A stretch of DNA of 64,000 nucleotides from an uncultured Acidobacteriaceae bacterium (lineage in GTDB: Bacteria > Acidobacteriota > Terriglobia > Terriglobales > Acidobacteriaceae): assembly GCA_964530145.1 (NCBI GenBank), contig CAZGXY010000080.1:70822-134821 (forward strand), written 5' to 3'. Below the pieces are notes generated by a model. That model worked only from the letters and a program-made list of their open reading frames with translations, searched no databases and was not told the origin of the DNA. Positions 18,337-27,039 of this stretch are shown here, piece by piece. Within the stretch, counting starts at the first letter, position 1; the number at the start of each line of letters is the position of its first letter. Both the position numbers and the translations under genes were made by a program.

Positions 18337-18696
18337 CTAGGAGCGCTGTCGGATTTCGGCCGCCAGTCCAGTATGAGTTTCGCTCACTGCTGGGCGGCGA
18401 GGCGGAAGTGACTCCGGCCCAGGGTGCGAGCGCCTCTCGATTGTGCCGATGACCGGTGCATCCTCCATGCCGGTGGCGTACGCCATCGAGACGAATCGCT
18501 GTTCTGAACACAGGCGATCAATGAGCCGCTGCTGCCCGGCGCTGAGCACCGCCACAGGAAGGATTGGAAAGTGCCGAAACATCCATAGAAAATACACACG
18601 CTGCAGAAAAGATGGCATCAGATAACGAGGCCCGATCGGGGTCTGCACCTGGACCACACCCTCAGAAAGTTTCTCGATCCACATAAATTCATCCAC
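18337..18696 (-). CDS. hypothetical protein (119 aa)
   Basis: ORF only. It has one hydrophobic stretch (VYFLWMFRHFPILPVAVL) and no recognised motif. Co-directional with the PilZ and OMP genes upstream. Confidence 0.4.
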   Translation of the reverse strand: MDEFMWIEKLSEGVVQVQTPIGPRYLMPSFLQRVYFLWMFRHFPILPVAVLSAGQQRLIDRLCSEQRFVSMAYATGMEDAPVIGTIERRSHPGPESLPPRRPAVSETHTGLAAEIRQRS

Positions 18697-18867
18697 CCAA
18701 AAAGCACTGAGTTTGGCCAGAGCACGTCTAGGGCCGCAATTATTGCACTAAGGGCCGTGGAAAAAAAGCCTTTTTCTTAAGAAATTTCAAATCTAAGGTC
18801 TTCCCATGAGTCCGTGGGTCTTTAACCTACCATCGCCCTTACCGAAAACTTATCCGCGCTGGCAATC

Positions 18868-19203
18868 TCAGGAACAAATCTCCGGCAGCACTTGCATCCT
18901 CTGAATTTCGGCCGCAACCCCGAACTCCGTGCCAGGACCAGGCTCCACGCGAACCACACGGGCATGGCAACACACCCAGGACTTATTCCCGTTCATCAAC
19001 TCGGGTGGAAGAATCAATACCAACTCGACGTCGGATCCTTCGGTCAAACGGGACTGGGTATAAAGGAAAATGCCGTTTGTGCTCACGTCTCGGGTCTGCC
19101 CCGTGGCCTCAGCGCGAGTTCCATTCCGCACGCGAACTTCAAGGCGCTTCGCCAATCGAGTTTTCGATCGGCGCTCGGCTTTCGAGATGTTAGAGTCGGT
19201 CAT
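18868..19203 (-). CDS. PilZ-domain protein (putative c-di-GMP receptor)
   Basis: Both PilZ signatures are present: RRSKTR (RxxxR) and DVSTNGIFLYT (D-x-S-x-x-G). ATG 19203 chosen; TTG 19236, 5 nt after the OMP stop, is an alternative. Confidence 0.72.
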   Translation of the reverse strand: MTDSNISKAERRSKTRLAKRLEVRVRNGTRAEATGQTRDVSTNGIFLYTQSRLTEGSDVELVLILPPELMNGNKSWVCCHARVVRVEPGPGTEFGVAAEIQRMQVLPEICS

Positions 19204-19241
19204 GCGCAAAGTAGCCGGTGTCGAATCCCGCAGCAAGTAAC

Positions 19242-19883
19242 TCAGAAACGAAGAACCAGTCCAGTCGATGCTCGAATGCTATTGTGCCGGGCAAGAAACA
19301 ATCCGGTCACAATATAATCCACATCGACGCGGCAGCCCAGCAAACGCGTGATAAGGCAGTCCATCCCCAACCCCAGCATTGCGTCGAATCCATTATTAGA
19401 CCGCGACAATCCGCTTCCGCTTTCGGACGTGTGCGCTTCGCCGAACAGAGCTTCGCCAAAAGGCCTCAGCGTCCTGGTTGCATATGAACCTCGAATGCCG
19501 ACGTCGAAAATATATTCACTCACGCTGCCATTTACCAGGCATCCGGCCGAGCCGGGCGCACAAACACTACTGCCCGGCAGATTCTTGGAGCCGTAGAGAC
19601 CACTGACATCGCCGACAATGCCGAAGTAGGGCAGGTATTTCTTTTCGCCCGATACCTCCCATCCGTTCAAAGTTGCATGCTCGCCCGAGAAGAGGTTGGC
19701 GCCAAGGAAGGAATATCCGGCAAAAAAATTGCTCGAACCTATGTTTTGTGCGGTGGCCGTACCCGCTACCGCTAGAGCGACTGCAAACACTGCGACCCGG
19801 CACAGGATTCGCGGACAAAGGCGCCATCGGCCATTTCCGTGCATTGATAATTTTCTCGATTGCAAGAAACCGATGTCGAACAC
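19242..19883 (-). CDS. outer-membrane beta-barrel protein (OmpA-like/porin-family barrel)
   Basis: Signal peptide ending AGTATAQ, alternating hydrophobic beta-strand pattern rich in G/Y/S, and a C-terminal aromatic residue (GLVLRF). The true start is possibly internal (MHGNG). Confidence 0.68.
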   Translation of the reverse strand: MFDIGFLQSRKLSMHGNGRWRLCPRILCRVAVFAVALAVAGTATAQNIGSSNFFAGYSFLGANLFSGEHATLNGWEVSGEKKYLPYFGIVGDVSGLYGSKNLPGSSVCAPGSAGCLVNGSVSEYIFDVGIRGSYATRTLRPFGEALFGEAHTSESGSGLSRSNNGFDAMLGLGMDCLITRLLGCRVDVDYIVTGLFLARHNSIRASTGLVLRF

Positions 19884-20062
19884 TCTAGCATTTTCCCCAG
19901 CCGTTCCGGCAGTCCAAACAACGGAATGAGTTGCCCCCGAGCTATGATCCGGGAGTGGTTTCTGTCGGCAATCCGCTGGCAGGTTCTTTGCGGTCGGGCG
20001 GCTTAGAGCCGAAAAATCCAGCAGATTTCAAGCCGCTGGCCTGATATCATCGCTCTCCAAGG

Positions 20063-21022
20063 ATGCTGTACCGCATTACTGTAGCCGCCTTCTTGCTGCT
20101 GCTGTCCGTCGCTATATTTGGGCAGTCGCCTCCATCGCGCTGTAATTCGGGTCTGGCACTTGACGATTGCCTTGGGACCGTTACAGGCGGGTTCTCCAGC
20201 AAAGTTTATAGCGACGCTGCCGGGGAAGAATCTTCCGACGACAATCTTCCCGCTGCACCGAGTCCGCAGCAGGCCATCTCCCGAACTAACGGGCCGACTC
20301 TGGATGGAGCGTCCTCCAAAGGAAAGCCGGAGTCTTTCCATTGGCGTCGCGCACTGGAAGAGTCATTTACTTTTCTTGCAATCGAGCAGGCGTGGGTTGT
20401 GCACACCGATTTCCCCTGGGTTGTCTCGGAACGGGGCGTTCCTTTTAACCACTACTGGCGTGACTACAAACAGTCGCTTTCGCGGTGGTGGGAGGTCGGC
20501 TGGAGCGCGGGCGAAAATCCGATGTACAACTATGTTGGCCATCCCATCCAGGGAGCGATCAGCGGATACATCGAAATCCAGAACGACCCAAAGAGCCGGG
20601 TCCTCGAGTTCGCGAACACGAAGGAGTATTGGTGGAGCCGCGTCAAAGCTACGCTGTGGAATGGCGTCTACAGCACGCAGTGGAGCATTGGACCTCTCAG
20701 CGAAATCACGGTCGAGAAATATGGCTCAAACGACCGTCCGCCATGGACGCCCAACAACAGCTTCCCGTGCAATCCGAAAGTCCAACTCTGCTATTGGGGC
20801 GTAGGAAAGGTCAATCTCGTGATGACGCCGGTTGGCGGCCTCGGCTGGGGATTGGCCGAGGATTGGATGGACAAGAATATCGTCCGCCGCGTCGAAGGCA
20901 AGACCAGGAGTCGCTTTCTGATTGACGCCACTCGTTGCACCTTCAATCCCATTCGCGGCGCCGCCAATATCCTTCATGGCAATCGCCCGTGGTTCCGTTT
21001 CCGCGATGAAATAATCGAATGA
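20063..21022 (+). CDS. hypothetical secreted Trp-rich protein
   Basis: 319 aa with signal peptide MLYRITVAAFLLLLSVAIFGQ. Trp/aromatic-rich (HYWRDYKQSLSRWWEVGW, YNYVGHPIQGA). Its stop overlaps the start of the next gene (ATGA at 21019-21022). Confidence 0.6.
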   Translation: MLYRITVAAFLLLLSVAIFGQSPPSRCNSGLALDDCLGTVTGGFSSKVYSDAAGEESSDDNLPAAPSPQQAISRTNGPTLDGASSKGKPESFHWRRALEESFTFLAIEQAWVVHTDFPWVVSERGVPFNHYWRDYKQSLSRWWEVGWSAGENPMYNYVGHPIQGAISGYIEIQNDPKSRVLEFANTKEYWWSRVKATLWNGVYSTQWSIGPLSEITVEKYGSNDRPPWTPNNSFPCNPKVQLCYWGVGKVNLVMTPVGGLGWGLAEDWMDKNIVRRVEGKTRSRFLIDATRCTFNPIRGAANILHGNRPWFRFRDEIIE

Positions 21023-21615
21023 ACCCGTCAGCCGCGAAGTTTCTCTTGCTTGCTGTGTTCCTGCCGTGTTCCGCTTACTGTCAGAGTTCTCCCGGGATTC
21101 CGAAAGACACCGAATGGGATTTCGGCGTCTGGCTGGCAGGAGAGACCGGCGAAGAGACAACTAATTCCTTCGCACAAGCGCAGATCTGGAGTGGAGGCAT
21201 TTTTGCCGGCAGAGTATTGACCGACGAAATCGGCAACAATTGGCGGCGCGGCAGGCTCGAATACGCCTTTGACGTGATGCCTGTGTTCGAAACTTACGGG
21301 AACCAGCGCACTCACGGCATTGGATTCGATCCGGTAATTTTACGGTGGAACTCGGCGCTGCACAGGTCGCGAATCTCACCGTACATCGAACTCTCAGGAG
21401 GCGGTGTGAGCACGCCGGTAAATCTGCCGCCGGGTAGAACTTCCAGTTTCAATTTTATGGCGAAAGGCGGCGGAGGGATTTACTTAGAGACGCGGAGCAA
21501 GCAAGCCGTCGACATCGGCCTGCACTGGTCGCATATTTCAAATGCGAATCTGGGCGCCGAGAACTACGAGTTCAACGGCGTTCAACTCAGCATCGCCTAC
21601 CACTGGTTCAAGTAA
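21019..21615 (+). CDS. lipid A 3-O-deacylase (PagL)-like / acyloxyacyl-hydrolase-family outer-membrane protein
   Basis: 198 aa with a signal peptide and an 8-strand-barrel size. It has an H-x-S-N catalytic-type motif (HWSHISNANLG) and a C-terminal aromatic residue (AYHWFK), as I recall for PagL-family proteins. Confidence 0.65.
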   Translation: MNPSAAKFLLLAVFLPCSAYCQSSPGIPKDTEWDFGVWLAGETGEETTNSFAQAQIWSGGIFAGRVLTDEIGNNWRRGRLEYAFDVMPVFETYGNQRTHGIGFDPVILRWNSALHRSRISPYIELSGGGVSTPVNLPPGRTSSFNFMAKGGGGIYLETRSKQAVDIGLHWSHISNANLGAENYEFNGVQLSIAYHWFK

Positions 21616-21666
21616 CCTGGCGAACCTGTGGCCGATACCGAGCGACGATCGGCGCCTCGCTTGCCT

Positions 21667-23127
21667 TTAGCTTTGCGGCGGATGCAAACGCGTCGCCGGG
21701 ACCACGATCGCCTGCTCCATGGTGGGAACATTCGTTCCCCGCAAAACGGCTTCAGTCTTGTGCAATTTTTCCGCCTGATGGGTCTGGTAGTAGGCCTGAA
21801 CCAATAATTCGAGACTCAGTGGATTGTTCTGATCTTCTTCCAGATAGGCAATGGCTTCACTGTATTTTTTCTGATCCATGAGCCTCGCGCCAAAGGCGCC
21901 GTTATAGGAGCCTTGAATTACCTTGTTGTTACTGGTCGAAGCCATGGTTTCAAGAATCTTTAGCGAAGCGTCGGCCAACACGGCGTCGCCTGCACGTCCC
22001 GCACGCACTGTCCGCAACCGCAGAATGCGCGAGATCTCTTCAGCTTTATCGTTCTTGGAGATGCTGCGGCTCTGGGCCAGCGAATCCTCACCCAGCTGCA
22101 GGTACTTTAGCGCAGCCTTATCATCGGCTTGATACTCCGCCATTTGCCGGTACGCCTGCGCTTCCTGCAGATTCTGCTCCTTGGAATGAGAGGTTTGAGC
22201 AATCTCTGCGAACATCTTGTCGGCATCGGCGAAGTTGCCATCGCGCACGTAGGTCATCGCCTTCTGCATCTGGTAGGAGAGCCGGTCGGCTTCGTTGTGT
22301 GCGAAGCGAATTGCCTTGTCATATTCCACGCGCGCCTGCTCCTGATTTCCCATCAACGCGTAAGTGTCTCCCAGGCCAACTTGCGAAGTCACAAAATCAG
22401 GATCGATTCTCAGCGCAGCGCGATAATGCTTCAGCGAGCCTTCAAAATCTCCCGCCATTCGTTTCAGTTCGCCATAAGAATCTTGCGGATTCGGTTCTGT
22501 CGGCAGCTGCGCAACATAGCGGTCCATCGCTGAAAACGCTTTAGCGAACTCACGGTTGCGCGCATAGGAGTATGCCAGATCGTTCAGCGCCGCAGGGTAA
22601 TTCCTGTCGAGGACCAGCGCCTTTTCCATCATGCTTTGCGCCTGATCGGCACCCTCTTCGCCCATCAGCCAATTGCCGGCCAGATAAAGCAGATGCTTGT
22701 CCTTGGGAAACATCTCCAGCATGTCGTTCATCGCGGAAATGCCCCCGATCGTATCGCCTTCCTGTACTTTGACGATCCACGTCACCATCAACTGCTCGCC
22801 GGGTGTCGCCTTGGGCGCAAGCCATTTGGCTTTTTCGCGGGCCAGGCTCATTTCTTTGGGATCGGTGCCGTTAAAGGCAATCCACGCCCATGCCACGGCG
22901 AGATTGGGATCAGCCTTTACCGCAGCACGCCAGTCGTCGTTGCAGCGTTCGAGGTAGAGGTTTTCGTAATCCTGCATGCCCTTTTCGTAGAGCGCGCGAG
23001 CCTGCGGCGATGAGGTGGTCACCGGCAGCGACGGGCTGGCGCTGGGCTTGAGATGGTGGGCCATTGCGGGCGTGGCGAGGCACACCGCAAGAATCGGAAC
23101 AAAGAAAGCGCAGGTAGAGCGACGCAT
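21667..23127 (-). CDS. secreted tetratricopeptide-repeat (TPR) protein
   Basis: 486 aa with signal peptide MRRSTCAFFVPILAVCLATPAMA and multiple TPR-like A/Y/L-patterned helices (YEKGMQDYENLYLERCNDDWRAAVKADP, HYRAALRIDPDF). Confidence 0.8.
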   Translation of the reverse strand: MRRSTCAFFVPILAVCLATPAMAHHLKPSASPSLPVTTSSPQARALYEKGMQDYENLYLERCNDDWRAAVKADPNLAVAWAWIAFNGTDPKEMSLAREKAKWLAPKATPGEQLMVTWIVKVQEGDTIGGISAMNDMLEMFPKDKHLLYLAGNWLMGEEGADQAQSMMEKALVLDRNYPAALNDLAYSYARNREFAKAFSAMDRYVAQLPTEPNPQDSYGELKRMAGDFEGSLKHYRAALRIDPDFVTSQVGLGDTYALMGNQEQARVEYDKAIRFAHNEADRLSYQMQKAMTYVRDGNFADADKMFAEIAQTSHSKEQNLQEAQAYRQMAEYQADDKAALKYLQLGEDSLAQSRSISKNDKAEEISRILRLRTVRAGRAGDAVLADASLKILETMASTSNNKVIQGSYNGAFGARLMDQKKYSEAIAYLEEDQNNPLSLELLVQAYYQTHQAEKLHKTEAVLRGTNVPTMEQAIVVPATRLHPPQS

Positions 23128-23259
23128 CGAGGTCTCCGGAAGCGAGCTTTTTGGCGGGGAGGATTACGAGAGGAGCGTAACATCCAAGTAACCACCAACC
23201 TAGGTGACGGAAGACGTACGACGGATGGCAAAAGGCACGATCACCGCATCTTCAACGGG

Positions 23260-23286
23260 AAAAGAAAAAAACCCGCTGCGAGCGGG
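23260..23286 (-). terminator. rho-independent terminator after the TonB-dependent receptor gene
   Basis: On the minus strand the sequence is CCCGCT-CGC-AGCGGG followed by TTTTTTTCTTTT, 24 nt downstream of the stop at 23310. Confidence 0.7.
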
Positions 23287-23309
23287 GGCTGCGTGTGACT
23301 TGATAAAGG

Positions 23310-26300
23310 CTAGAAAGTGAACTTGGCCGCGAGCTGAATACCACGCGGGGCCCCGCCGCCAAGGAACGGGTTGCCGATACCCACGTCGCCGGTAGCCGCA
23401 ATCGGGTACCCCCCGGTTCCGGTTTCGAGCGTATTGGCGCCGTTCAGAGCAAAGCCGTTGGTAGCCGGGTCCGCGAGAAATGCCGGCAGGAACGGATTCG
23501 CAAAGTTCGGATGGTTGACGATGTTGAAAAAATCGGCTCGCAGTTGCAAATTCAATCTTTCCGTAAGAATTGTGTTTTTGTAAATCGCAAGATCCCATTG
23601 CTTGTAAGTGGGTCCATGCAAAGAATCACGTCCTTCATCGCCGAAGTGGCGAGTACCGGGAACGCAATCGGTGTTAACCCCGTTTGCGATGCCACCATCG
23701 GTAGCAGCGCTCACCGTGCAGGGTATCGCAAATGCGTTCAGGTTCACGAAGTTGAAAGGATTTCGTTCGTGGTAAGTGATCGGCCCGACCACATCCGGGC
23801 GGTCATCGCCTTCACCGCTGCCGCTGTAATCGTCCTCAAAGTTGTAGTTCATCTGGAACGGCTGGCCGCTCTGCAACGTAACGGTGTTGTCGAAGCCCCA
23901 TCCATTTTTCAACCGCTGCATGTTTCCGCCATGATTCGGCAGAGCGTAATTGAAAATCCAGGTGAAGCGCTGTGGCAGGTTAAAGTTTGACGGCCCGTAT
24001 TCCAGGGAGGGCCGAGTGCTGTTGTTGGGCTGGGCAGCGTTCGGCTCGAAATCGTCGAGATCGCTGGCGGTGTCGAGCGACTTCGACCACACATAGTTGG
24101 TGATCGACGTAATTCCATGCCAGCCGGTTATGCGCAGGCTGGCTTGCAACGAGTTGTAGTTAGACTTGGCCGTCGAATTCTCCTGCATGATGTAAAACGA
24201 GCCGTAGGGATTGTCGGCATAGTTGCGCGGCACGCTGTAGCTTCCGGTGATTGCGCCCGTCGTCGCACAGGTTGCGATGCCAAACGGGCAATCGGATGCC
24301 GTAATCTGCGCCTGGCTGGGCTGGCTCAAATCGAAGAACCGCCAAAGCCTGTGGCCCTGAGACCCGACATATCCCAGCTGCAACATGGCATGACTGCTGA
24401 GCTGCTGCTGGATGTTGAGGTTGTAATTCTCCATGTAGGGCGTCTTGAGATTGCGATCGAAGGAAAACGTATCGCATTCGAAGTTGCAGGCGTTTTCCGG
24501 GCCGAAGAGCGGTGCTCCGGCAGCAATTGTTCCCGAGACCCCAGCCGAGTAAATGGGATCGGGGCCAATCGGGTTATAAGCTGGGCCGGGATCGAAGAAG
24601 GGCGGATAGGGCAAGTGGCCAAGTACCACATCCTGAGAGAAACCATCAAAGAACAAACCCCAACCGGCACGAATTACGGTTTTGCCTTTGCCAGTGATGT
24701 CCCATGCCGCACTTAAACGCGGGGCAAAGTCCTTATGATCCGGGTTGTAAAGGCGGTTCAACCCCGGCTGCCCGACCTGCGTAAGAGTAAAGGTGTCGGC
24801 GGCAGCGTCGAGATTTGTGATGGCACTCAGCAGGTTGTTATTCTCCCCAACCACGCCGTAGAAGTCATATCGGAGACCGTAGTTAATGGTCAGGTGCGAT
24901 GTAGCGCGGAAGCTATCCTGTGCGTAGAATCCGTAGCTATCCTCATGGGTATGCCGCAGCGTGTCGCCGGCGTATTGAAAACCGCCATCGTCGGGATTGC
25001 CGGCAAGAAACGTACTCAGGCTGCTGAATTCCAGCTTGCCGCGGAAATATTTGTCGAAGTACTGCTGAATGCTGGTGCGGTAGAAATCCGCGCCGATCTT
25101 CACATCGTGTTTATTCACCTTCCAAGCGAAGCTCTCGAGAACCTGGTTGTTGCTGTCGAAACGATGGCGGGGATCGCTGGAATTGGCACCGAGCTGTGAA
25201 AAGTGGCCGATGGTAATGATCGGCAGACCTTCACCCGGCGGGCCGCTACCGGTTTCCAAACCCACTGAACTGGGCGAGAAACTTCGATCCTGAGGGAAAA
25301 ATCCCTCTGCGAAGCGGTTCCATCCATAACGCAAGTCGTTCACTTTATTTGTACCGATGGTGTGAACGTAAGAGATCGAAACCAACTGAACGCGAGTCGG
25401 CGTGTAGGTGTTGAAACCCGGCAATTGTCCGCCGCTGGCGGTCAGAGCTAAGGGAAACGACTGCACGCTATCCCCGAAGAAATAACGGCCGGTCAGAATG
25501 TTGTTGGCGTTGAAATTCTGGTCGATCTTGGCAATGAAACTCGTAAGCCGGTTAAATGAGGGAGAGATGACCGAGCTATTGGGACCGTTGGGGCATTCCG
25601 TATCTTCCAGGCTGGCGGGGCCGGCGAGCGAGGGGCCGAAGGTTCCCGCAATATTGGGAGACGGCCAAGGATCGCGGGCCAGCAGTGCCGCGATCACTTT
25701 ATTCGATGCCCCACCGTCGGCCGCAATCTGTGCGGGGTCGGGCACGCAACCGAGCGTTACCACGCCAACGCCTTCCTGCTGGCCTTCGTAGTCCGCAAAG
25801 AAAAATGTCTTATCCTTGACAATGGGCCCGCCCAGCGAAGCACCGTACTGGTTATTGTGAAAAAGCGCTTTCGGCTGGCTGGCGATATTGAAGTAGTTGC
25901 GCGCATCGAGGGCATCGTTGCGGAAATATTCGGCGGCCGTCCCATGCAACTGGTCAGTGCCGCTCTTGCTGACAATGTTGACCACACCACCGGCATTACG
26001 TCCGTACTCCGGAGCGAAATTCGAAATCACATTTACTTCGGCCACGGCATCAATCGGCAAAATCGCGGATGGCGTTCCGAACACGCCGGCTTCATTGATG
26101 GCCGGATCGTTACGATAACCGTCGTTCATATCCGTGCCGTCGAGCAGATAGTTGTTGGATCGGCCGCGCGCGCCGTTCATGCTGAATTCGCCGTAGGATC
26201 CGGGCGAATCAGAGATCTCATCGGGAGAGCCCGCAACGCCAGGGTTAAGGAAGATCAGTTTGGTGTAGTCGCGGCCATTGACGGGCAAGTCCGCCACGGT

Positions 26301-26714
26301 TTGGGAAGTGAGCACGCCACCAAGAGTGTCGCTGGTGGTTTCAACCAGCGGCAATTCATCGGCGGAAACCTCAACCTTGGTGGACACTGCGCCAGTTTTC
26401 AGGCCAGCATCGACGCGCCGTTGCGTCGCCACATCTACCGCCACTCCGGTCGCTTCAAATGTCTGAAAACCCGCCAAGGTCACCGTCACGGTGTAGGTTC
26501 CGATCGGCAATTCCGATAGCGAGTAGCTGCCATCCGCGCTGGTTACAGTGGTGCGCTCCAGTCCTGTTCCCGGGTTCTTGGCTCTCACTGTGGCTCCGGC
26601 GACAACTGCTCCTGAAGGGTCTGTCACCGTCCCCAGAATTGTGCCGCGGAAGGTTTGTGCCGAAAGGCTAACTGCGGCCAGGAGCACAGACACCAGCACT
26701 ATGCGCGCTTTCAT
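23310..26714 (-). CDS. TonB-dependent receptor-like outer-membrane protein with N-terminal CarboxypepD_reg domain
   Basis: 1134 aa with signal peptide MKARIVLVSVLLAAVSLSAQ. Ig-like domain GTILGTVTDPSGAVVAGATVRAKNPGTG...DGSYSLSELPIGTYTVTVTLAGF, a plug-like region LPVNGRDYTKLIFLNPGV, a long barrel, and C-terminal AAKFTF. Confidence 0.9.
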   Translation of the reverse strand: MKARIVLVSVLLAAVSLSAQTFRGTILGTVTDPSGAVVAGATVRAKNPGTGLERTTVTSADGSYSLSELPIGTYTVTVTLAGFQTFEATGVAVDVATQRRVDAGLKTGAVSTKVEVSADELPLVETTSDTLGGVLTSQTVADLPVNGRDYTKLIFLNPGVAGSPDEISDSPGSYGEFSMNGARGRSNNYLLDGTDMNDGYRNDPAINEAGVFGTPSAILPIDAVAEVNVISNFAPEYGRNAGGVVNIVSKSGTDQLHGTAAEYFRNDALDARNYFNIASQPKALFHNNQYGASLGGPIVKDKTFFFADYEGQQEGVGVVTLGCVPDPAQIAADGGASNKVIAALLARDPWPSPNIAGTFGPSLAGPASLEDTECPNGPNSSVISPSFNRLTSFIAKIDQNFNANNILTGRYFFGDSVQSFPLALTASGGQLPGFNTYTPTRVQLVSISYVHTIGTNKVNDLRYGWNRFAEGFFPQDRSFSPSSVGLETGSGPPGEGLPIITIGHFSQLGANSSDPRHRFDSNNQVLESFAWKVNKHDVKIGADFYRTSIQQYFDKYFRGKLEFSSLSTFLAGNPDDGGFQYAGDTLRHTHEDSYGFYAQDSFRATSHLTINYGLRYDFYGVVGENNNLLSAITNLDAAADTFTLTQVGQPGLNRLYNPDHKDFAPRLSAAWDITGKGKTVIRAGWGLFFDGFSQDVVLGHLPYPPFFDPGPAYNPIGPDPIYSAGVSGTIAAGAPLFGPENACNFECDTFSFDRNLKTPYMENYNLNIQQQLSSHAMLQLGYVGSQGHRLWRFFDLSQPSQAQITASDCPFGIATCATTGAITGSYSVPRNYADNPYGSFYIMQENSTAKSNYNSLQASLRITGWHGITSITNYVWSKSLDTASDLDDFEPNAAQPNNSTRPSLEYGPSNFNLPQRFTWIFNYALPNHGGNMQRLKNGWGFDNTVTLQSGQPFQMNYNFEDDYSGSGEGDDRPDVVGPITYHERNPFNFVNLNAFAIPCTVSAATDGGIANGVNTDCVPGTRHFGDEGRDSLHGPTYKQWDLAIYKNTILTERLNLQLRADFFNIVNHPNFANPFLPAFLADPATNGFALNGANTLETGTGGYPIAATGDVGIGNPFLGGGAPRGIQLAAKFTF

Positions 26715-27039
26715 AAAGTCTCCTTACAATGAGTACGTTTTACGAATCAATTGAGGGGGTGAAATTTCGAAGTGGCAGGCTCTCCAAAAGCCCTCACCGG
26801 AAGAGACGCAATTTTTTATTCGACGAACAAATCTGGAGCGCCCCTACCGCACAGCAAACATTATCGAACCCTCATCTCAAGAGTCAACCATTGAGTCTCC
26901 GATACGCGCAATGAATTTTGCGAATGGGAACAACCATCGGTAACATCGTCGAAAGGGGAAAGCGTTAACTAGATTGGTTCAGCGGGAGGATCTCGACACT
27001 GAAAATTTTCTGGTATTTTCGCTGGCTATCGAAGTCGAG

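Noticed and set aside
26715-27039. Possible cobalamin riboswitch upstream of the TonB-dependent receptor (GCCTGCCACTT resembles a B12 box)
   Set aside because: Only a partial 7-8 nt resemblance was seen. None of the other conserved B12-riboswitch segments is recognisable. The receptor is the CarboxypepD_reg type rather than BtuB-like. An Infernal scan would settle it.
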